Below, piece by piece: positions 1-9,000 of a stretch of 37,377 bases of DNA. The position numbers and the translations under genes were made by a program. Each line of letters starts with the position of its first letter. Position 1 is the first letter of the stretch. The stretch lies in the NCBI GenBank assembly GCA_000004985.1, contig GG739013.1; one strand, given 5' to 3'. The notes beneath the pieces were generated by a model. The model was not told the DNA's origin and searched no databases. It saw nothing but the letters and a program-made list of their open reading frames with translations. This DNA comes from Naegleria gruberi (lineage: Eukaryota).

Positions 1-8
1 TAAAAAAG

Positions 9-61
9 GTAAGTTGATTTAATTTTTACAAATATAGAAAGTAACTATTATCATTCTGCAG
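9..61 (+). other. spliceosomal intron (53 nt) of RWP-RK-like gene
   Basis: GTAAGT donor at 9-14 and pyrimidine-rich ...cattctgCAG acceptor at 59-61. The frame-1 ORF otherwise hits TAA at 10-12. The upstream exon ends at nt 8, and the gene continues beyond the window start. Confidence 0.5.
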
Positions 62-324
62 AGATGGGTATTTCACGATGGCCATACAGAAGACTTGAAG
101 CTCTCAAACAAGAACTCCACGACATTGAAGAAAGAATCAAAAATGGTCAACATTCAATCCATCAAACCAACTTATTCGACATCTACTCAATTTTCCTCCT
201 CCCCAATTTCATCATCTCACCACCAACACCAACATCAGCAACTTTCCTTACAATTAGAAGAATCGATATTGAAGGGTTCTATCGAACTCATTCATCACAT
301 CCCAAATATTATTGTAAAACATAG
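62..324 (+). CDS. RWP-RK-like transcription-factor gene, partial 3' coding exon (5' end outside window)
   Basis: Translation ..(E)MGISRWPYRRLEALKQELHDIEERIKNGQ.. matches the C-terminal core of the RWP-RK domain (GI[ST]RWPxR[KR][IL], as in NIN-like and MID proteins) followed by coiled-coil-like heptads. Frame 1 stops at TAG 322-324. An overlapping frame-2 ORF stays open to TAA 392-394 and encodes an S/H/Q-rich tail (SSSPISSSHHQHQHQQLSLQLEES...NLLNL*), so the true 3' end may be 394 after a +1 shift. AATAAA lies at 457-462. Confidence 0.45.
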
Positions 325-972
325 CAATGAACATATTAAGGAAATTGCTAGAAAAACCCAAAGAATTTCCCTCTCTAATTTACTCAACCTGTAATTCTAC
401 TACCATTCCTCTGAATTGATTCATCCCGTTTCATTATTTCTACCCATTCCCATATTAATAAATTTAAATAGTTCGAGTTTACTGAAAATCTCTCTGAAAA
501 TGCGCCAATTTTGCGATCTACATAATTTACAGTGGAGAGTTCATGGTTTTTATTGGGAAGTCAAGATTCTGATTGGGTGAAGAGTTTCCTAATTCTTTCT
601 ATTCAGAGTTCTAGATAAAAACCTTGAACATTGGCTAAACATTCAGAAACCTTATTATTATTCAATATGTATCGAATTAAACTTGTTGAATTTACACTGT
701 CTATGAGGCAATGATTCTACTCTTCCTCGTACTCTGTGAAAGGTTTGTCCACGTATCTACTGCTGGATATTTAACTTGTTTCATTACAATCAATGAAGTA
801 TTGAAACATGTTGATTAGTGTGGAATTGAAAATGGCCACAAATGTCCAATTTTGAATTGGCTTTTGATTTTGATAAAAAACTCTTTAGAATTGGAAAGTA
901 ATCGACAATAGAAGACCTGAATTGACTTCTATTGATAGAAAATCCACAAAGACTAGATCTTCCCATATATGA

Positions 973-986
973 AAACGTGCACGTTT
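973..986. repeat. perfect 14-bp palindrome AAACGTGCACGTTT
   Basis: Self-complementary GC-richer island with an ACGT core, embedded in an AT-rich intergenic region about 240 bp upstream of ATG 1227. Confidence 0.6.
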
Positions 987-1226
987 GCGTGTTATCTAAA
1001 ATTGTTGAGTAAACCGAAGTAAGATTCGAAGAACGAATCGTTTCAAAGAAGAAAGTTGAGTTGGTTTTTGAAATTAATATATTGGAAACTGTAGTTTTAC
1101 AATGAAATCATTAAAAATCATTTGCACCATTTTGATCTACAGTAAAGAGTTAATTTAATTTGTTGAATTGTTAAAAAAACTGATGGACATGACAATTGTA
1201 ACATGAAAATAGTCCAGTAGCAAAAA

Positions 1227-1436
1227 ATGTCATCCATTCATCACAAAGACACACATCCACACTCTCTCAAGCAACTAGCCAATCAACCACCTCATCAAGT
1301 TGGCGAGAAGGAAATTGCAGCCCATCAAAATTCCATTAGCAAGGAAGGTCAAATTATCAAGGAAAGTATACGAAATTACAACAGTGGCAATGATGATCAG
1401 AATCGAGAAGACAAGAGATTACCAATGGCCAATTAA
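1227..1436 (+). CDS. hypothetical ORF (69 aa), possible 5' exon of the downstream NlpC/P60 gene
   Basis: True ATG in a caaaaaATG context. GC content and codon pattern look coding-like compared with the flanks. The product is hydrophilic with no recognisable domain. Frame 0 ends at TAA 1434-1436. Confidence 0.25.
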   Translation: MSSIHHKDTHPHSLKQLANQPPHQVGEKEIAAHQNSISKEGQIIKESIRNYNSGNDDQNREDKRLPMAN

Positions 1437-1564
1437 TTGGTTTGATCAAGATTTAATAGTGGCCAATGTTTTTCTGAATTTAAATCCAATGGAAGTTTTT
1501 CATCCACACAGTGGTTGTTTGATGGTTTGTAAGGATTGGAATCAGATTATTTGCAGTGCAGAAT
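1390..1564 (+). CDS. open frame running into the 50-N gap; candidate upstream exon of NlpC/P60 gene
   Basis: Only frame 1 is open across 1437-1564 (..WPINWFDQDLIVANVFLNLNPMEVFHPHSGCLMVCKDWNQIICSAE..). The in-frame ATG is at 1390; the track's M at 1300 is TTG. The ICSAE Cys sits about 30 codons upstream of the GD(I/L) motif, where the catalytic Cys of NlpC/P60 would be, but the match to DCSG is weak. Confidence 0.25.
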
Positions 1565-1614
1565 NNNNNNNNNNNNNNNNNNNNNNNNNNNNNNNNNNNN
1601 NNNNNNNNNNNNNN
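1565..1614. other. assembly gap (50 N)
   Basis: Run of exactly 50 N, a conventional unknown-size scaffold gap. It interrupts an open + frame. Confidence 0.95.
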
Positions 1615-1630
1615 ATTAGTAAGAATGTAA

Positions 1631-1660
1631 ATTGCTGCTGGTGATATTTTGTGGAGAGAA
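1631..1660 (+). CDS. NlpC/P60 peptidase gene, short internal exon (IAAGDILWRE)
   Basis: Phase-0 codons immediately upstream of the GTAAGT donor at 1661. IAAGDILWRE aligns with the GDLVFFR(A) strand that precedes the catalytic His in NlpC/P60. The 5' boundary is unresolved because an in-frame TAA sits at 1628-1630 with no AG acceptor in between. Confidence 0.5.
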
Positions 1661-1768
1661 GTAAGTAGTAAGAGTGAAAACAATTGTTCTGAACTCTAGC
1701 TCAATTATTATTAATATTAATATTTATATATTTATATTGAATGAAAATTGAAATTTTTGATTAATTAG
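1661..1768 (+). other. spliceosomal intron (108 nt), GTAAGT...TTAATTAG
   Basis: Canonical donor and acceptor, about 85% AT interior. Removing it fuses the two NlpC/P60 motif blocks in frame. Confidence 0.7.
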
Positions 1769-1888
1769 GGACATGTTGGCATGTATCTTGGCAATGGACA
1801 AGTGGTTAATGCTGAAAATGAAAAGAATGGTGTTAAAATCAGAACTTTTGCCAATTTCAGATATACCAAGATTTATAGAGTTCTTTAA
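1769..1888 (+). CDS. NlpC/P60 (C40) family cell-wall peptidase, terminal exon
   Basis: Translation GHVGMYLGNGQVVNAENEKNGVKIRTFANFRYTKIYRVL* ends at TAA 1886-1888. It is near-collinear with the C-terminus of bacterial NlpC/P60 hydrolases ([14 protein letters not shown]...GV.IS.L...YW..RY..ARRVL) and includes the catalytic His. AATAAA overlaps the stop. Confidence 0.8.
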   Translation, partial: GHVGMYLGNGQVVNAENEKNGVKIRTFANFRYTKIYRVL

Positions 1889-1893
1889 ATAAA
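1888..1893 (+). promoter_or_regulatory. polyadenylation signal AATAAA
   Basis: AATAAA overlaps the TAA stop of the NlpC/P60 gene. Confidence 0.5.
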
Positions 1894-1995
1894 AACTCAA
1901 TTTATCTACCAAAAGAGAGAACTAAATTCTTGGCCTGTTTGACAAGCTGTTGATAATGAGGCTGTTATAGAGCAAAATTTAAACTCAAATGTGAA

Positions 1996-2076
1996 GCAGG
2001 GGTTCCCGAGTGGTCAAAGGGGGTAGACTCAAGTTCTACTGCGCAAGCTTCGTGGGTTCAAATCCCACCTTCTGCA
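1996..2076 (+). tRNA. tRNA-Leu(CAA), type II, intronless
   Basis: Cloverleaf folded by hand. Acceptor stem GCAGGGG/CTTCTGC with two G-U pairs; 3-bp D stem CCC/GGG with an AGTGGTCAAAG-type loop. Anticodon stem GTAGA/TCTAC, loop CTCAAGT, anticodon CAA at 2030-2032. Long variable arm. T stem GTGGG/CCCAC with TTCAAAT loop (B box GGTTCAAATCC); discriminator A73 as expected for Leu. TTTT terminator at 2079-2082. Confidence 0.9.
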
Positions 2077-2078
2077 AA

Positions 2079-2082
2079 TTTT
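2079..2082 (+). terminator. Pol III T4 terminator
   Basis: TTTT two nt after the tRNA discriminator; a second T5 run lies at 2086-2090. Confidence 0.6.
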
Positions 2083-3011
2083 GTATTTTTCTCCTTCAAC
2101 TTTTTGCCCTCGTCTCCTTTTAATATATCATTGTCTTCAATATCATGTATAGCATCTACTCTGAAAATATTGTCTAATGATATAAAGTAGTCATCAAGAA
2201 ATTCAACAATGATTACAAGCACCTCAAAATCCGTAAAGAATTTTTGTAAATTCAAAAAAAATATTGAACCAATTCCAAAATCCTTTTGTGATAATGTTGC
2301 AGGACAATTAATGCAAATGAAACCTTACATCGCGATTGTAAAACATTCACAATTAGGAATGATAAAATCCAAAACTAATTAATAGTTCGTTCAATAATTA
2401 TTTCACCCTTTTGGAATTCGACAAACTGTTTGAGTTCATTGTATTTCCAATACTTTATACAATCGACAACTTTCTATCGGAATCTCACAACACATGAATG
2501 TATACAACATTAGTGAATTATCCAATTCCAAGCCCATTCACAAAATGAGAAAGAAAATTCAAATTAGCATTTAGAAGATTCACTTTTTTTAATTAATTGT
2601 TCTGAAAAGTCTTTTGGAAACTATTCGAAATTCCAAAATGTCGTATCAAGTTCAATAATTTGTCATCAAACAAGGATCCAAAATTAACACTTCAGGAATA
2701 AAACGAGTCTCTTCCGGAATATCAATGATATTCATCCCAGATTTCTATTCGAAAGGCTCTTTAATAACTCGTTACAAAATAGTATCTGAAAAATATTCAT
2801 GTGTTAACAGAACACCATAAAAAGAGATGATCCATGAAATACAAAACATAATGAAAGCACTCTAATGTTGAATTATTGTTGAATTGTACACCTTTCGAAT
2901 AGTATCAAACCTTTCGTCTACCATCTTGTTCACTTTTAAAAACACAGTAGACGAAACATGGATTACAACAATATAAGGATTCTGTTCAAAACATGGGTTT
3001 AGCATACTTTA

Positions 3012-6000
3012 NNNNNNNNNNNNNNNNNNNNNNNNNNNNNNNNNNNNNNNNNNNNNNNNNNNNNNNNNNNNNNNNNNNNNNNNNNNNNNNNNNNNNNNNN
3101 NNNNNNNNNNNNNNNNNNNNNNNNNNNNNNNNNNNNNNNNNNNNNNNNNNNNNNNNNNNNNNNNNNNNNNNNNNNNNNNNNNNNNNNNNNNNNNNNNNNN
3201 NNNNNNNNNNNNNNNNNNNNNNNNNNNNNNNNNNNNNNNNNNNNNNNNNNNNNNNNNNNNNNNNNNNNNNNNNNNNNNNNNNNNNNNNNNNNNNNNNNNN
3301 NNNNNNNNNNNNNNNNNNNNNNNNNNNNNNNNNNNNNNNNNNNNNNNNNNNNNNNNNNNNNNNNNNNNNNNNNNNNNNNNNNNNNNNNNNNNNNNNNNNN
3401 NNNNNNNNNNNNNNNNNNNNNNNNNNNNNNNNNNNNNNNNNNNNNNNNNNNNNNNNNNNNNNNNNNNNNNNNNNNNNNNNNNNNNNNNNNNNNNNNNNNN
3501 NNNNNNNNNNNNNNNNNNNNNNNNNNNNNNNNNNNNNNNNNNNNNNNNNNNNNNNNNNNNNNNNNNNNNNNNNNNNNNNNNNNNNNNNNNNNNNNNNNNN
3601 NNNNNNNNNNNNNNNNNNNNNNNNNNNNNNNNNNNNNNNNNNNNNNNNNNNNNNNNNNNNNNNNNNNNNNNNNNNNNNNNNNNNNNNNNNNNNNNNNNNN
3701 NNNNNNNNNNNNNNNNNNNNNNNNNNNNNNNNNNNNNNNNNNNNNNNNNNNNNNNNNNNNNNNNNNNNNNNNNNNNNNNNNNNNNNNNNNNNNNNNNNNN
3801 NNNNNNNNNNNNNNNNNNNNNNNNNNNNNNNNNNNNNNNNNNNNNNNNNNNNNNNNNNNNNNNNNNNNNNNNNNNNNNNNNNNNNNNNNNNNNNNNNNNN
3901 NNNNNNNNNNNNNNNNNNNNNNNNNNNNNNNNNNNNNNNNNNNNNNNNNNNNNNNNNNNNNNNNNNNNNNNNNNNNNNNNNNNNNNNNNNNNNNNNNNNN
4001 NNNNNNNNNNNNNNNNNNNNNNNNNNNNNNNNNNNNNNNNNNNNNNNNNNNNNNNNNNNNNNNNNNNNNNNNNNNNNNNNNNNNNNNNNNNNNNNNNNNN
4101 NNNNNNNNNNNNNNNNNNNNNNNNNNNNNNNNNNNNNNNNNNNNNNNNNNNNNNNNNNNNNNNNNNNNNNNNNNNNNNNNNNNNNNNNNNNNNNNNNNNN
4201 NNNNNNNNNNNNNNNNNNNNNNNNNNNNNNNNNNNNNNNNNNNNNNNNNNNNNNNNNNNNNNNNNNNNNNNNNNNNNNNNNNNNNNNNNNNNNNNNNNNN
4301 NNNNNNNNNNNNNNNNNNNNNNNNNNNNNNNNNNNNNNNNNNNNNNNNNNNNNNNNNNNNNNNNNNNNNNNNNNNNNNNNNNNNNNNNNNNNNNNNNNNN
4401 NNNNNNNNNNNNNNNNNNNNNNNNNNNNNNNNNNNNNNNNNNNNNNNNNNNNNNNNNNNNNNNNNNNNNNNNNNNNNNNNNNNNNNNNNNNNNNNNNNNN
4501 NNNNNNNNNNNNNNNNNNNNNNNNNNNNNNNNNNNNNNNNNNNNNNNNNNNNNNNNNNNNNNNNNNNNNNNNNNNNNNNNNNNNNNNNNNNNNNNNNNNN
4601 NNNNNNNNNNNNNNNNNNNNNNNNNNNNNNNNNNNNNNNNNNNNNNNNNNNNNNNNNNNNNNNNNNNNNNNNNNNNNNNNNNNNNNNNNNNNNNNNNNNN
4701 NNNNNNNNNNNNNNNNNNNNNNNNNNNNNNNNNNNNNNNNNNNNNNNNNNNNNNNNNNNNNNNNNNNNNNNNNNNNNNNNNNNNNNNNNNNNNNNNNNNN
4801 NNNNNNNNNNNNNNNNNNNNNNNNNNNNNNNNNNNNNNNNNNNNNNNNNNNNNNNNNNNNNNNNNNNNNNNNNNNNNNNNNNNNNNNNNNNNNNNNNNNN
4901 NNNNNNNNNNNNNNNNNNNNNNNNNNNNNNNNNNNNNNNNNNNNNNNNNNNNNNNNNNNNNNNNNNNNNNNNNNNNNNNNNNNNNNNNNNNNNNNNNNNN
5001 NNNNNNNNNNNNNNNNNNNNNNNNNNNNNNNNNNNNNNNNNNNNNNNNNNNNNNNNNNNNNNNNNNNNNNNNNNNNNNNNNNNNNNNNNNNNNNNNNNNN
5101 NNNNNNNNNNNNNNNNNNNNNNNNNNNNNNNNNNNNNNNNNNNNNNNNNNNNNNNNNNNNNNNNNNNNNNNNNNNNNNNNNNNNNNNNNNNNNNNNNNNN
5201 NNNNNNNNNNNNNNNNNNNNNNNNNNNNNNNNNNNNNNNNNNNNNNNNNNNNNNNNNNNNNNNNNNNNNNNNNNNNNNNNNNNNNNNNNNNNNNNNNNNN
5301 NNNNNNNNNNNNNNNNNNNNNNNNNNNNNNNNNNNNNNNNNNNNNNNNNNNNNNNNNNNNNNNNNNNNNNNNNNNNNNNNNNNNNNNNNNNNNNNNNNNN
5401 NNNNNNNNNNNNNNNNNNNNNNNNNNNNNNNNNNNNNNNNNNNNNNNNNNNNNNNNNNNNNNNNNNNNNNNNNNNNNNNNNNNNNNNNNNNNNNNNNNNN
5501 NNNNNNNNNNNNNNNNNNNNNNNNNNNNNNNNNNNNNNNNNNNNNNNNNNNNNNNNNNNNNNNNNNNNNNNNNNNNNNNNNNNNNNNNNNNNNNNNNNNN
5601 NNNNNNNNNNNNNNNNNNNNNNNNNNNNNNNNNNNNNNNNNNNNNNNNNNNNNNNNNNNNNNNNNNNNNNNNNNNNNNNNNNNNNNNNNNNNNNNNNNNN
5701 NNNNNNNNNNNNNNNNNNNNNNNNNNNNNNNNNNNNNNNNNNNNNNNNNNNNNNNNNNNNNNNNNNNNNNNNNNNNNNNNNNNNNNNNNNNNNNNNNNNN
5801 NNNNNNNNNNNNNNNNNNNNNNNNNNNNNNNNNNNNNNNNNNNNNNNNNNNNNNNNNNNNNNNNNNNNNNNNNNNNNNNNNNNNNNNNNNNNNNNNNNNN
5901 NNNNNNNNNNNNNNNNNNNNNNNNNNNNNNNNNNNNNNNNNNNNNNNNNNNNNNNNNNNNNNNNNNNNNNNNNNNNNNNNNNNNNNNNNNNNNNNNNNNN

Positions 6001-9000
6001 NNNNNNNNNNNNNNNNNNNNNNNNNNNNNNNNNNNNNNNNNNNNNNNNNNNNNNNNNNNNNNNNNNNNNNNNNNNNNNNNNNNNNNNNNNNNNNNNNNNN
6101 NNNNNNNNNNNNNNNNNNNNNNNNNNNNNNNNNNNNNNNNNNNNNNNNNNNNNNNNNNNNNNNNNNNNNNNNNNNNNNNNNNNNNNNNNNNNNNNNNNNN
6201 NNNNNNNNNNNNNNNNNNNNNNNNNNNNNNNNNNNNNNNNNNNNNNNNNNNNNNNNNNNNNNNNNNNNNNNNNNNNNNNNNNNNNNNNNNNNNNNNNNNN
6301 NNNNNNNNNNNNNNNNNNNNNNNNNNNNNNNNNNNNNNNNNNNNNNNNNNNNNNNNNNNNNNNNNNNNNNNNNNNNNNNNNNNNNNNNNNNNNNNNNNNN
6401 NNNNNNNNNNNNNNNNNNNNNNNNNNNNNNNNNNNNNNNNNNNNNNNNNNNNNNNNNNNNNNNNNNNNNNNNNNNNNNNNNNNNNNNNNNNNNNNNNNNN
6501 NNNNNNNNNNNNNNNNNNNNNNNNNNNNNNNNNNNNNNNNNNNNNNNNNNNNNNNNNNNNNNNNNNNNNNNNNNNNNNNNNNNNNNNNNNNNNNNNNNNN
6601 NNNNNNNNNNNNNNNNNNNNNNNNNNNNNNNNNNNNNNNNNNNNNNNNNNNNNNNNNNNNNNNNNNNNNNNNNNNNNNNNNNNNNNNNNNNNNNNNNNNN
6701 NNNNNNNNNNNNNNNNNNNNNNNNNNNNNNNNNNNNNNNNNNNNNNNNNNNNNNNNNNNNNNNNNNNNNNNNNNNNNNNNNNNNNNNNNNNNNNNNNNNN
6801 NNNNNNNNNNNNNNNNNNNNNNNNNNNNNNNNNNNNNNNNNNNNNNNNNNNNNNNNNNNNNNNNNNNNNNNNNNNNNNNNNNNNNNNNNNNNNNNNNNNN
6901 NNNNNNNNNNNNNNNNNNNNNNNNNNNNNNNNNNNNNNNNNNNNNNNNNNNNNNNNNNNNNNNNNNNNNNNNNNNNNNNNNNNNNNNNNNNNNNNNNNNN
7001 NNNNNNNNNNNNNNNNNNNNNNNNNNNNNNNNNNNNNNNNNNNNNNNNNNNNNNNNNNNNNNNNNNNNNNNNNNNNNNNNNNNNNNNNNNNNNNNNNNNN
7101 NNNNNNNNNNNNNNNNNNNNNNNNNNNNNNNNNNNNNNNNNNNNNNNNNNNNNNNNNNNNNNNNNNNNNNNNNNNNNNNNNNNNNNNNNNNNNNNNNNNN
7201 NNNNNNNNNNNNNNNNNNNNNNNNNNNNNNNNNNNNNNNNNNNNNNNNNNNNNNNNNNNNNNNNNNNNNNNNNNNNNNNNNNNNNNNNNNNNNNNNNNNN
7301 NNNNNNNNNNNNNNNNNNNNNNNNNNNNNNNNNNNNNNNNNNNNNNNNNNNNNNNNNNNNNNNNNNNNNNNNNNNNNNNNNNNNNNNNNNNNNNNNNNNN
7401 NNNNNNNNNNNNNNNNNNNNNNNNNNNNNNNNNNNNNNNNNNNNNNNNNNNNNNNNNNNNNNNNNNNNNNNNNNNNNNNNNNNNNNNNNNNNNNNNNNNN
7501 NNNNNNNNNNNNNNNNNNNNNNNNNNNNNNNNNNNNNNNNNNNNNNNNNNNNNNNNNNNNNNNNNNNNNNNNNNNNNNNNNNNNNNNNNNNNNNNNNNNN
7601 NNNNNNNNNNNNNNNNNNNNNNNNNNNNNNNNNNNNNNNNNNNNNNNNNNNNNNNNNNNNNNNNNNNNNNNNNNNNNNNNNNNNNNNNNNNNNNNNNNNN
7701 NNNNNNNNNNNNNNNNNNNNNNNNNNNNNNNNNNNNNNNNNNNNNNNNNNNNNNNNNNNNNNNNNNNNNNNNNNNNNNNNNNNNNNNNNNNNNNNNNNNN
7801 NNNNNNNNNNNNNNNNNNNNNNNNNNNNNNNNNNNNNNNNNNNNNNNNNNNNNNNNNNNNNNNNNNNNNNNNNNNNNNNNNNNNNNNNNNNNNNNNNNNN
7901 NNNNNNNNNNNNNNNNNNNNNNNNNNNNNNNNNNNNNNNNNNNNNNNNNNNNNNNNNNNNNNNNNNNNNNNNNNNNNNNNNNNNNNNNNNNNNNNNNNNN
8001 NNNNNNNNNNNNNNNNNNNNNNNNNNNNNNNNNNNNNNNNNNNNNNNNNNNNNNNNNNNNNNNNNNNNNNNNNNNNNNNNNNNNNNNNNNNNNNNNNNNN
8101 NNNNNNNNNNNNNNNNNNNNNNNNNNNNNNNNNNNNNNNNNNNNNNNNNNNNNNNNNNNNNNNNNNNNNNNNNNNNNNNNNNNNNNNNNNNNNNNNNNNN
8201 NNNNNNNNNNNNNNNNNNNNNNNNNNNNNNNNNNNNNNNNNNNNNNNNNNNNNNNNNNNNNNNNNNNNNNNNNNNNNNNNNNNNNNNNNNNNNNNNNNNN
8301 NNNNNNNNNNNNNNNNNNNNNNNNNNNNNNNNNNNNNNNNNNNNNNNNNNNNNNNNNNNNNNNNNNNNNNNNNNNNNNNNNNNNNNNNNNNNNNNNNNNN
8401 NNNNNNNNNNNNNNNNNNNNNNNNNNNNNNNNNNNNNNNNNNNNNNNNNNNNNNNNNNNNNNNNNNNNNNNNNNNNNNNNNNNNNNNNNNNNNNNNNNNN
8501 NNNNNNNNNNNNNNNNNNNNNNNNNNNNNNNNNNNNNNNNNNNNNNNNNNNNNNNNNNNNNNNNNNNNNNNNNNNNNNNNNNNNNNNNNNNNNNNNNNNN
8601 NNNNNNNNNNNNNNNNNNNNNNNNNNNNNNNNNNNNNNNNNNNNNNNNNNNNNNNNNNNNNNNNNNNNNNNNNNNNNNNNNNNNNNNNNNNNNNNNNNNN
8701 NNNNNNNNNNNNNNNNNNNNNNNNNNNNNNNNNNNNNNNNNNNNNNNNNNNNNNNNNNNNNNNNNNNNNNNNNNNNNNNNNNNNNNNNNNNNNNNNNNNN
8801 NNNNNNNNNNNNNNNNNNNNNNNNNNNNNNNNNNNNNNNNNNNNNNNNNNNNNNNNNNNNNNNNNNNNNNNNNNNNNNNNNNNNNNNNNNNNNNNNNNNN
8901 NNNNNNNNNNNNNNNNNNNNNNNNNNNNNNNNNNNNNNNNNNNNNNNNNNNNNNNNNNNNNNNNNNNNNNNNNNNNNNNNNNNNNNNNNNNNNNNNNNNN

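Noticed and set aside
1529-1556. 28-nt GTAAGG...TTATTTGCAG intron-like segment inside the frame-1 open region
   Set aside because: It is too short compared with the 50-108-nt introns supported elsewhere in the window. Removing it would shift the frame into stops, and it would delete part of the only open frame.
1480-1683. 67-aa minus-strand ORF across the 50-N gap
   Set aside because: Spans the gap (X residues) and is antisense to the better-supported + frame.
1724-1912. 62-aa minus-strand ORF
   Set aside because: Antisense to the NlpC/P60 terminal exon and its AT-rich intron. The + strand gives a strong family match; this one does not.
2058-2255. 65-aa minus-strand ORF ending ..AEGGI
   Set aside because: Its 3' end is antisense to tRNA-Leu(CAA). 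A similar ORF (30032-30271) appears at the second tRNA copy only because the tRNA and flank are duplicated. There is no ATG context or coding bias.
2256-2985. Possible gene in the 730-bp stretch between tRNA-Leu copy 1 and the gap
   Set aside because: No ORF of 60 codons or more on either strand, no coding bias and no recognisable RNA structure. Treated as intergenic.
2986-3011. Minus-strand 8-codon tail KYAKPMF* emerging from the big gap
   Set aside because: Too short to distinguish from chance.
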